This document shows positions 53,948 to 64,000 of a DNA stretch of 64,000 nt, in pieces. A program made the position numbers and the translations under genes. The stretch is from Tubiluchus corallicola. Lineage: Eukaryota > Animalia > Priapulida. The stretch lies in contig JAQGDQ010000048.1 in NCBI GenBank assembly GCA_030141605.1, forward strand, positions 496,001 to 560,000. The letters run 5' to 3'. How positions within the stretch are numbered: the first letter of the stretch is position 1; each line of letters opens with the position of its first letter. Below the pieces are notes generated by a model. That model did not search any database and had not been told where the DNA came from. It saw nothing but the letters and a program-made list of their open reading frames with translations.

Positions 53948-56900
53948 CGTTAAACGTAGCGCAATACGTTTCTTCGAGCTCCGCTTAAATTTTGTTTTGT
54001 AAAACAAACGAAACAATCCCAAATTAAAGACGACACAAAAAGAAAAAGGAGAGGCCAAAAAATAGAAAATCGTTCTTAGAATCGGATTCGTTGCAGTTGG
54101 CGTCGCTATGAATATAATATTTACTTCAAAAGGCGATTAGAAACCACCGATATAGTGTTTTATTGTTATTAATGTGATTACAAGACATTGAAACATTGCG
54201 ACAAAAATACGATAAACACAACAAAAATGACCCCAATTAAATTAAGATGTTACTAGTCATTTTGATAGACATTGATCTAACCACATCAGAAAGAGAAAAC
54301 TGATTGTGCGAGATCAATTTCGTTGAAGGAAAAATTCACAAAGTTGATGTAGATTGTAGGCTATAATGAATATGATCGCACTTAAAGCTTTGTCGCTTGT
54401 GCCGATTCACCGTGAACGCAGCACGTAAATATTTCAGCTCTGGCTCGCATTACATGCATACAAATCACCTTTACATATATCATTTCATGAACATGAAACC
54501 GCTAGCAATAAAATGCAAAATGTATTTCGCGTGCATTAAATTGCACTTTGGCTGGCGTTGTATTACAGTACAACTACTATAAGTCATAGCTTATCTTCCA
54601 TAATAGTAAATATGGTGCTTTTTGCGTCGACAACTGAATTTCTGAACAAAAATGAATCTTTGATTATTTTAGAGCGTTGTACGTACGGTACCCATGTCTA
54701 GAAAGGTAAAACTATGATGATACATAGACTGATAAACCTATTCTAAATTCCGTTTGGCGATTTGCATAAAAAACTATTCGACATATTCATGCAGCCCTTA
54801 TAATATTAAAATTATTCGTTGCCTTTGTATGTTGAAATTGACTTATTAACTGAATTGATCCTGCTTCATATACAAGGATGTTGAAAATTGAGGTGGCATT
54901 ATTTTTTGCATAGATTGCGAATTCCAGAAATCAAGTACGTTTTCGAAATTGAAAAATCCTCTTTTGTGTATAGCTTCAAAATTACAAAAAATGAATAACA
55001 TATCACTTATAAACGCTTAAGCACAATGAAGCAAGCAGCGAAACATTTTATCGAAAAAAAGAATATAAGAGGCCCAAAATTAGAGCACTTAGCCGTCAAC
55101 ATAAAGTGTAATCTATGAGTGTCAATGAGTAAGGACATACTTTCACTCTATATGTGTAGGCCAACTGGTACTTTTAAATATTTTAGTGTAATTGATATGT
55201 ATTATTTAAGAAAAAAGTCGTTTTTTTATTTATTTCGATGATACAGTTCATTGTAATATAATAGTTTTCCAGCGTTGAATTATTACAAAATGTGTTGTTT
55301 GTTAACCTACCTCACTTCATTAAAGAAAATGCCGCAAGAAAACTGATGTACTGTATTTTGTCGGAAGCAACAATCAACAGCTAGAAGAGCTGCCAGAAGA
55401 GTACTGTAGCTGCTCTAGCTGTGTAAAAGAGTAGCGTCTCATCTTTTGAAAGAAAGTGCTCTAGTCTCAGTGGGACAAAGTTACCTCACCAGTACGCGTA
55501 TACCGCAATAAACTTACTATTAGTATACCCATGGGACTGTGCTTGTCATTACTATTGGTGTGACTATACTAGTCCTACTAATGCCTCTGAGCTGTATTGC
55601 TGTCTGTTCAATGCTTACACGTGATCTCTATATAAATAAAATTATGGCTTAATGGAAAAAGATTTTGTAATGAGATAGGGCCGGTAAATTGTTGTCCACT
55701 AACCTTCTAAATTAGCTCCTAATAACAGTAACTCCTGTTTGTAGAGCACTTGTTTTTCACAGTACACGATCCAGTGAGCCGCAATAGAAGCCATAAATGC
55801 TTCCCCGCAGCCCATGCAATCTCTACAACGCGTTGTTTACTTTGCAATAATTATGCTAAGCGCGTGTTTATTAACCTACCGGCTTTTAAATGGGTGTATT
55901 TCGTTCCGTCTAAGCCAAAAGCAACAGAAACTTTTACTATAAGAATTAATTATTGACATTACCAACAGAATTTTTATTAGCCTTTGTATCAAGATTTCTG
56001 AATTAGATTAGTCATCTCTAGAACAAAAGTAGATATTTTACTTTTTCTCTGTAGTAGATAAGATGTCAATTTTTTATTTTTTAAAATTTTTCGATTAATT
56101 TTTATCGATAAATAGATTTAACTGCCTATACTATTTATACAGACGCTAACTAAAATTTATCTTGTCTTTATCTTATACAATTATTAGTCAGCAGAAAAGA
56201 TCGACCACGAACAGGGTCTACCTGCATGAAGCAAAGACAGTATGTTAAATATAACCTCAGATACAAGTTCTCCCTTTTACAAAAACACGTATTTTACTGA
56301 ATTCTTTCTGAAATGAAGAAAAATAGTTAATTAATGAATTTGAATAAAATAAACCTGCTGACTCTGTGCTGCAGTATGAAGATTACTGATGACTATTTAC
56401 AAATACAGTGAATCCGTTATCAATTTTTGTAATTAAATTAGCGATTAAGGCAAGTTGTAGCTATATAGCACTGTTTGCGTTATTAAAATCAAAGCGCATT
56501 TTCCTAAACAAACAATTTGTCACTAACATGTCGAAGCAGTCAATATAGTCATCATCAGCATCTTTGTTGTCATGCCGGTTTCATAAGAGCTAAGGAATTA
56601 TATATTATCGGAATCCATGCGCCACTAATTGTTAATTTTTATTAATTTCTAAGTACTAATAAAAATAATCTGAATCTGAAGTACACTGAAAAAACTAAAG
56701 TAGAGCAATAGAGTAGGCTAAAGAAGCTTTACTGAAGTATTGGTGAATTTTGAAATACACACAATGTCAATGGAAAAAAATCAACGCTGATAATGCGGGA
56801 GAATTATGATAATTGTGCGTGACTTGTGTAATACTGGAGTAAAATTTAACTTTAATAATCATCTAGAAAGAGCAAGCAAATTTTTTTCGCGTGATCGAAA

Positions 56901-57947
56901 AAATTAATCAGCAATACGCAACCGGAACATTCCACGTAACATCGTAATGACAAATCAAACCACAACAATAAGCCAACAAAGCAGCAGTGATTAAATGACG
57001 ATTTAACAACGAAGACCTTGCGATTTTGGACCCTAGACGAAAAATTTCCGAAATAGAACTTGGAACTGCGCGATCTGTATACACCCTTATGGAGATGCTT
57101 TAAAAAATAACCTGCACTGCTTTGCCAACCAGATCTCTCGCTTGCCAAATAATAAAGAACTCCATTCAAGACTTGAAGACGGTTGTGTAGATGGTGTTCG
57201 GGCAACATTTTTAAAAAGTCGTCATGTCAGTCACTACGCGGTGTGGCCTAGGTGTTCTAGTAATAAAGTACCCATCTGTTTAAGTAATTCGGATAATTAA
57301 TATGAGAATGACTCCTAGAAACTAATGGAATTTATGTCACATCTAATATATCTAGTGTATAATTTCTTTTCAGAGAGATAAGTCTTTGCTAATCTTTTGA
57401 TCTTTTTTATTTATTCCTTACAAGTAATGGAATTAACTTCAAATTTGTTTTTACTGGTAATTTGGTAAAGCAAATTACTCTGCAAATTTAGTCATTAGAG
57501 AAGATTGAATTTCTCATGACACTAAAAATCATCACGCGACTACGCATATTTATCAGTTAAGCATAATAATTTAATATTACAAAATGGAAATTTGATTATA
57601 ATTCTCAATGGAATAGGGCGGAAAAAGGACAGTCATTGACGAAGTTTATCATTGTGCTGCCGTCTGGTAGGTAAAAAATAAAAATAGTTATTACACCATA
57701 CCCACAAACTGATTCATCTCAAAGAGCACTGAAAACACTTAGAAATACTTCTCTGATTTTCAGGTAAAAGTAACTATAGGTTCCCATTTTAATTCGAAAC
57801 CCCATTTTATAGGTTTTCTGCATTCCGCACTTTTGATTAGATTTTCTTGGTTTGTTGCATAAGTTATTGGAATCAGGTGTAATTTATCATACAGCAGAAC
57901 AAGATTTGCCGTTGCACGTAAATCACTTACGTTTTTTTTCTTTTTAG

Positions 57948-58019
57948 AATACTGACTGATTGTGAACTTTATGAGCTAACACCAGGAATATTCGACAATT
58001 TCGTTGGCCTGACTTATTT
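57948..58019 (+). CDS. LGR1: LGR coding exon 2, one LRR: (L)ILTDCELYELTPGIFDNFVGLTY(L)
   Basis: TTTTTTTTCTTTTTAG| acceptor, TT|GTAAGT donor, 72 bp, phase 2-2, LRR pattern. Confidence 0.9.
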
Positions 58020-58299
58020 GTAAGTATACCAGTACGTAATCGTTTGCGATGTGTTAGCAAGCTCACTTAATTTTGTACTTTGAGTAGAAGGTCTACTTTC
58101 TAGTACTTTAAAATAGAGATATCAGTTCAACACAAAGTGTACGGTTATAACACACTAAATTCCTAGTACAGATGGCTAGCTTGAATGTATATATAGAAAA
58201 ACATGAGTGCTCAAACGTGTTTACCTACAGCAACGCTAGAAATAGTCTGAATAGAACTTGTGTTTTAAGGTGACAGACCGTGAACTTCTAATTTTGAAT

Positions 58300-58920
58300 A
58301 TATGTCAAATACGCAGAACAAAAAAAAATCACGACAAAGTAGCTAATCTCATTCACTGGGCTTTGTGTGGTAAATATGAACTACACAGAAGCTCTTGGTG
58401 GGAACATCATACTGACAAAGTTGCGGAAAGTCTAAAAGTCAAACTCCTAGGGAATTGTAACATTTTTGCGAATAAAGTAATACACCACAGATGCCCTGAC
58501 ATAACTGTAAGTGAGAAGGAAGACAAGAAAACTAATTGGCAACTAAGTAGTACCTTTGGTGCAAACAGAACTAAATATGTAGAGAAGGTTGAAAAATATA
58601 CTGACCTGGCAGTTGATGTAGGAAGAGTATGGGAAAAGGCAATTCGTACATTACCAGTAATAGCAGAATGCTTAGATGTGTTGAGAGGAACCTAGAAAAT
58701 ACACCGAAAAGGTTAGCAATTACAGGGAAATGTAAATGGCAGGCGGTACAGAAAAGCGAGATATTTTGGGATCAGCATACATCCTGAGACGATACTTGCA
58801 GAACTAAGAGTCTTGGGTGGACACCTCTTTGCGTTGATGGTAAACCAGCTGAGATGTGATATTATACAATGATGTTGATGGTGATGATGACGACGACGAC
58901 GACGATGACGATGATGATGT
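58300..58920 (+). mobile_element. 5'-truncated, decayed non-LTR retrotransposon of the R4/Dong/Rex6 type (restriction-like endonuclease end) with a (GAT/GAC)n tail
   Basis: NHDKVANLIHWALCGKY, WWEH, KLLGN (for KLLWD), CPDI and EKVEKYTDLAVDVGRVW, then frameshifted VQKS...LGSAYILRRYL. This is the RHD...PD...KY motif order of REL-endonuclease elements. Microsatellite tail at 58869-58919. Confidence 0.85.
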
Positions 58921-59384
58921 ATCGCAACGCTAGATTAGTATCGAAACTCCTCAAATCAAAATGCCCTTAATTAACTAAACTGAATTTATTTTAGTGAATA
59001 AAGGAAACTTAAGTGAATTTAGCTAGATAGGTACCCAGGCAGAACTCCTCTATGGACTGTGGTGCAAATATTCTTTATCTATAAATGCGAAAATTGGCCA
59101 GGCACAGTATCGACCAGGCAGAACCTGCTTAAACTAATAAAGCACCTCTAGATTTCTTGTTTAGACAATTTGTCCAAGTTCTAGCACTTCTTTTCTGTTT
59201 TTAGACGACTGTACTGCACTGCTGGTACTACCTGAATCAGTCAGTACCGTTGGTTGCACTTGCAAAAACTATCACGTGTCAGTTTTGATAACTATCACAT
59301 GCCAGTCTTGATGTAGTGCGCTTATAGCTTTGTTATTACAAACAATTTACACCCAATCAATTACTAATCGATATTTGAATGTAG

Positions 59385-59459
59385 GAGGATTAGTGATTGC
59401 AACCAGTTGTGGCACATCACAGAAGGAACATTCGACCAACTGAAGAACTTAAATATTCT
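59385..59459 (+). CDS. LGR1: LGR coding exon 3, one LRR: (L)RISDCNQLWHITEGTFDQLKNLNI(L)
   Basis: TAG| acceptor, CT|GTAAGT donor, 75 bp, phase 2-2, clear LRR. Confidence 0.92.
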
Positions 59460-59482
59460 GTAAGTAAGCTGCTATAAATAGA

Positions 59483-59776
59483 ATAGTATAGTATAGTATA
59501 GTATAGTATAGTATAGTATAGTATAGTATAGTATAGTATAGTATAGTATAGTATAGTATAGTATAGTGTAGTATAGTGTAGTGTGGTATAGTATGGTATG
59601 GTATAGTATAGTGTAGTATAGTATAGTATGGTATAGTATAGTGTGTGGTGTGGTGTGGTGTGGTGTGGTGTGGGGTGGGGTGGGGTGGGGTGGGGTGGGG
59701 TGTGGTGTGGTGTGGTGTGGTGTGGTGTGGTGTGGTGTGGTGTGGTGCGGTGTGGTGTAGTATAGTATAGTATAGT
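59483..59776. repeat. Compound pentanucleotide satellite (TAGTA)n-(TGGTG)n-(TGGGG)6-(TGGTG)n-(TAGTA)n
   Basis: Seen directly; the unit length stays 5 bp with stepwise A-to-G changes. Confidence 0.97.
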
Positions 59777-60015
59777 GTATATATTCTTTATTTTTTAGTT
59801 TATTCTCTATAGTTTTTTTATTGTCTTAGTAAAGAGTCTCTATTACCAACAGCAACAAATGAGGTTGTTGTTGCTGTTAGTCAAAACATTAACGTGCGAT
59901 GCGAGCTGATGCTGCGCTTTAAATTTTAGCCCGCATTCTTATTAGTTCACAGTCCTGATTAGTTCATTTCTTGGATCAAGAGTTTATGAATCAATATTGC
60001 AGTTTTTATTTTCAG

Positions 60016-60090
60016 AATCATACAACAATGCCTAAAATTGAAACACATAGGACCGGGTGTTTTGGGCACCTTTCCTCATCTTATGGAACT
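60016..60090 (+). CDS. LGR1: LGR coding exon 4, one LRR: (L)IIQQCLKLKHIGPGVLGTFPHLME(L)
   Basis: TTTTTATTTTCAG| acceptor, CT|GTAAGT donor, 75 bp, phase 2-2. Confidence 0.92.
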
Positions 60091-60174
60091 GTAAGTATTT
60101 GATGCGAAACCAAATGGATTCTAATACTTAAAGGATGTACTGTACACTCGTTAGGGGCCTATACACAATCGCGT

Positions 60175-60241
60175 ACACACACACACACACACATACGCGT
60201 ACACATGCACGCACATGCACACACACAAACACACACACACA
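60175..60241. repeat. Interrupted (CA)n microsatellite
   Basis: Seen directly. Confidence 0.9.
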
Positions 60242-61559
60242 CCGCCGAGGCTGGTCCGACCAAACGTGACCAAGATCTCTGTTTATATGGTTTGTTATAC
60301 TGTCTCATCTTAGAAGATTAATCTTGCTAATGTGTTCGAGGTAGTAGTGTTAGTCGTCCCATGACAAAGTCAAAGTATTTGCAGTTTGCCCTGTTGCTCA
60401 GCCACACCGTGAACAGTTTGTTAGGTAACAAATGTCATCATGCATTTTTTCAAATAACCTGTGCAGATCAAATAGTTCTACCATTTACATTTACCACTTT
60501 CAATATATTCAGCTATTTTCCTTCAAAGGAGCATACCTGTGCGAGAAACCGTGGAATAGGTTTACTTAAAAAACTCCATAAAGTACCGAACCTCATCTTA
60601 GCTGAATGGACGGGGTGTGTGTAATAAGATTATATAGATGTACCGTAATGATATTTATCGTCACCGCTGTTAGATACTATATACGAATACAAAGTGTTAC
60701 GTATCTTTCTACACATTTTGTCACTCTGCAAGCAAGGAAACAGCACTCAGAGATAACGATGCTCAACATTCCTAGTTGTGACAGGATGGGACCACATTCA
60801 TTACCAAGGATATTCATGTCAGCTAAAATACAAGGCTAGCAGATGTTTCCCTCAATGCTCTCTGCCAATATAGCCGCTGAAACTTTCTTGGACCAGGGGT
60901 CACCCATCCATTTACTGACTAGGCTCGGCGCAGCAAAGCACAGTAAGTCACCTCGCCCAGAAAATATTACCACTGACCTTTGTGACTCGAAAAAACTTAA
61001 AATACGTTTCTTCTGTGTAGAAAATCGAAACGCATTACAAATTGTATTGATTTTTTTTACAAAACAAAAAAGCAATTTAGTTTATAGCTTATCCGTAGTC
61101 TAGTAAAATAAATAGATCTAGCCTTAATAGCTGCGTTATCATTTTTCATCTTAAACGAGATTCTGTATTGATTTGCGACAAACCTGAACACTAGGCAGTT
61201 AAAATCAATGAGAAAAATCTCATTGATATTGACCTTCAAATATTAAGTATTTCTTGCATTACAGTTATTATCGTTGGGTATAAAAATCAAAGTACATATC
61301 AAAGTAGTGCGACGAGCGTCCTTCAAGTCTAAAGAACTAGCACACAATGGCTATACGTGCGCCGGTTAATCTAGCAAAAAATAGGTCCTTTAACCCGTTG
61401 ATTCTGTAATTATAATTAACTGTTTTCAACTAGTGTGAAACATGTTTATTTAGACATGTTTATTAAGAGAAGACGCGCGTAAGTAGCAACTAGGTGTTTT
61501 ATTTGAAATGAAAACGTGTGCCGAATACACTGACAGAATATCTTTAAGTAAACAAGTTT

Positions 61560-61893
61560 CACTATAATACAGAGCGTTTACAGTGAGTTTCAATCAACTA
61601 ACGACTACAATGTCTTTTTCTATGCACTGCACACAGCAAGTCAGGTTTCAGCATTCAATGGCAGGACCTATTTGAAGCGATATTTGAGGTATGACCGGAA
61701 TCTGGCTTAGGCTAATAGCAAGGATATACCTCTATGATGAGCTACTGAACCTCAAGCACGTTCAGATTTATCCTTTACAAGGTGAACAGGCAGAATCGGT
61801 ATGAAGAATAAACTAAGCGTCCAGGACGAGTATCGACCCTAGCCCGTCACGAACCATTCACGTGCAAGACCACTCGGTTATGAACTCTACCAC
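61560..61893 (-). mobile_element. Possible old tRNA-derived SINE
   Basis: On the - strand: A-box-like TAACCGAGTGG (61870-61880), B-box-like GGGTCGATACTC (61828-61839), and CTGTAAACGCTCTG near the 3' end, which resembles L2-type TGTAAAGCGCT tails. Confidence 0.4.
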
Positions 61894-62722
61894 AAAATTG
61901 TTCTTAACGTCATTTAACTGAAAAATTCTCATGTGAGCTAGTGTTAGACGAAGTTCTTATATGGTGCCAAGAATCTTTAAGAAACAGTACCAAGTGCAAA
62001 CTGTTTGTAGTGAACTGAACCCAGGCACATACAACTTTTAGCACAGATTTAAATGGTAAACATGTTAAGGGCAGGTTTAAACTGCTAGTTATGCAGATCT
62101 GTTATGCAGTAAATAATCCCTGAAGCCATCTTCAGTCTAGAGGCAAGATTCAACTTGCTAAATTGGCATTGCTATGCTAAAGTAGAATTAAACATCTTTA
62201 ATGCATACAAGAGAAACAAGATGCTTAAAAAATAACATGTTAAAAATATTAAAGAAACTTTTATAAAAGCCATATATGTTTCGCTTTCCTTGTGCCAAAA
62301 TGTACAAACATGTAAATGACAATAGCTACATCCTTCAGCACAGAAGCTGCTTTTAAGGCCCATTTCACACAGAGGACGGGTAGCAAAATTTCTGGAGGAA
62401 AAATTCCTTGTGGCATTCCTCTAACAATGAACACATTGTTGTCGATGGCTAATTTCAAAAAGTCGCCTCCTCATGAGGAATTCTGTTGCGTACTATAAGC
62501 TCTGCATTCTACGTGTGAAATGAGCCAGAAACGGTGTTGGCACTTGAATTTTTATTTATTTTGCATGGTATGTAATTGTTAAAGGTCACTATTGTTCACT
62601 CATGTAGGCCTAGAGTATATATTCCAATGTTTAACGACAGTTGCATTAATTGCATGTACACTTGGAGCAACTTAACGCAATATAGCAACTTTTGTATCAT
62701 ATTTTGTCTTTCTTTACTGTAG

Positions 62723-62800
62723 AGTCATCAAGTAAAGTGGTCTGGAATCTGTCCCTGTGCTAAGTTCTTTCAAAACCAATGGAAAACAGATACCAGATAT
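62723..62800 (+). CDS. LGR1: LGR coding exon 5, one LRR with an in-frame TAA at 62733-62735: (L)VIK*SGLESVPVLSSFKTNGKQIPD(I)
   Basis: Acceptor TTTTGTCTTTCTTTACTGTAG|, donor AT|GTAAGT, 78 bp, phase 2-2. xIxxSGLxxVP matches the xIxNTGLxxxP repeat of glycoprotein hormone receptor exon 5. Confidence 0.85.
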
Positions 62801-63345
62801 GTAAGTTCACGCTCGTAACCTTTTTTTCATGTATATTTTAGCAGGTAGATTCGCGTAACGAATACTGTCAATTACTACCCACGGACAGAAAGTAAACACA
62901 TCAATGTTGGGTTGGTTTGGGTGAGTTAGTTGACGCAAATTTGGGTTAGTAACAGCACGGACAATTACTTGAGAAGTTGCTACATTATACCTCTATTCAA
63001 GTTCTGCAACTAAGAAACTTAATTGCAGACTTAATGCTCGAGTAACAAAGTATTAAAATAAAATTTATGTTGAAAAAATGGTAAAAAAAATTTAAAACTC
63101 AGAAAACCCTAAGTAATATCATTAAAAACATTCCGTAGATCCCAGCTCAAAGGCTACAAAGCAAAACTTCCTTATTCTTGCCTAAGGCTTCTATAAAATA
63201 GGGAAACCAATAACTACGCAGTTCATGTTAGACCTTTAGGAAAGTAGATGTTGTATGGGTCCATTGAAGGTTATGGCAATTGTGTGCGGTTGATTATGTC
63301 ACCAACAACTTCCAATAAGATTGTATATATTTATTATTCTTGCAG

Positions 63346-63414
63346 AGATCTTGACACAAACAACATCCAGGAAGTGGAAGCATACTCATTTAAAGGAGTC
63401 CGACTTCGTCAGCT
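63346..63414 (+). CDS. LGR1: LGR coding exon 6, one LRR: (I)DLDTNNIQEVEAYSFKGVRLRQ(L)
   Basis: TTATTCTTGCAG| acceptor, CT|GTACGT donor, 69 bp, phase 2-2. Confidence 0.92.
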
Positions 63415-63699
63415 GTACGTATTTCTGTCGCTTTGAATTATTTACTAAAAGCAGCATGTTGAGACTGCCGGCTGGTAAAGCTGTAAACATATACAGTTAC
63501 ACCATCAAGAAGAAATGTGGTCAATACAGAAAGCAGTTTGCATTTTTACAGCTTTACTGAGGAAAGGCACGAGTGTTGACAGTTTTACTTTTTGCATATT
63601 GAACACGCATGACTAATTCTGCATTTGGGTTTCAACCAAAAGTAAGCATCTAGTTGAGGCTTATATTTGAACAAGCTAATTAACTCATTTGTATTGCAG

Positions 63700-63768
63700 G
63701 CGTTTGGATAACAACAACATTCGTATCATCAAAAACCATGCTTTTAGTGGGGCGAAGATAAGCACTCT
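63700..63768 (+). CDS. LGR1: LGR coding exon 7, one LRR: (L)RLDNNNIRIIKNHAFSGAKIST(L); gene continues beyond the window
   Basis: TTTGTATTGCAG| acceptor, CT|GTAAGT donor, 69 bp, phase 2-2. AFSGAKI matches the AFNGTKL-type repeat typical of type A LGRs. Confidence 0.92.
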
Positions 63769-64000
63769 GTAAGTTTTCTAATGTGAGAGACTGATTTAAA
63801 AGTATTTGTAAGGATTATATACAGCAAACTGGCACATGGTTCAGTGCCGATCAAGAATGAATAAATCTTATATAATGTAATTAAGTACATAACTTTATCT
63901 AGGCTTACATGTATCCGTGGGTCAATGTATCACATACTGACGTGGTATTACGAAAAGATTGATGAACTAAACTCTCGTCTGTAAAATCTGCAGGAATTAT

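Noticed and set aside
56852-57230. Coding-like block and 118-aa minus ORF upstream of LGR exon 2
   Set aside because: Plus frames contain stops, and there is no LRR pattern, recognisable motif or suitable splice site.
59848-59878. 10-bp hairpin AACAGCAACA/TGTTGCTGTT in intron 3
   Set aside because: Short and low-complexity, too small for a pre-miRNA, and expected by chance in 64 kb.
62733-62735. TAA reassigned to an amino acid, or selenocysteine-type recoding
   Set aside because: No internal TAA occurs in about 4900 codons of the neighbouring gene, which itself terminates with TAA; selenocysteine uses TGA.

Overview
AT-rich eukaryotic (invertebrate animal-like) genomic DNA with spliceosomal GT-AG introns. 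No prokaryotic operons or CRISPR arrays are present. (1) 1-~16.5 kb is the 3' part of a + strand gene. It has a giant coding exon of at least 12.9 kb encoding an acidic, Ser-rich, probably disordered region that opens with ~7 tandem ~180-aa repeats, then an 88-bp exon and a 1.65-kb terminal coding exon. The helical segments at the end of the giant exon resemble, from memory, the pre-START region of STARD9/KIF16A, but no START domain is visible. (2) A tRNA-Ser(GCT) lies on the - strand at 17385-17466. (3) From ~20 kb to the end is the 5' half of a type A leucine-rich-repeat GPCR (glycoprotein hormone receptor, LGR1/TSHR/FSHR/LHCGR-like). It has a signal-peptide/Cys-cap exon at 25680-26005, a 31.9-kb intron, and six phase-2 single-LRR exons (72, 75, 75, 78, 69, 69 bp). 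Coding exon 5 carries an in-frame TAA, which an adjacent in-frame AG acceptor or exon skipping could bypass. The introns hold an R4/Dong/Rex6-type retrotransposon 3' fragment, a MITE-like inverted-repeat element, SINE/LINE relics, many microsatellites and an ETS/CRE promoter-like cluster. All homology calls are by eye; none were checked against a database.
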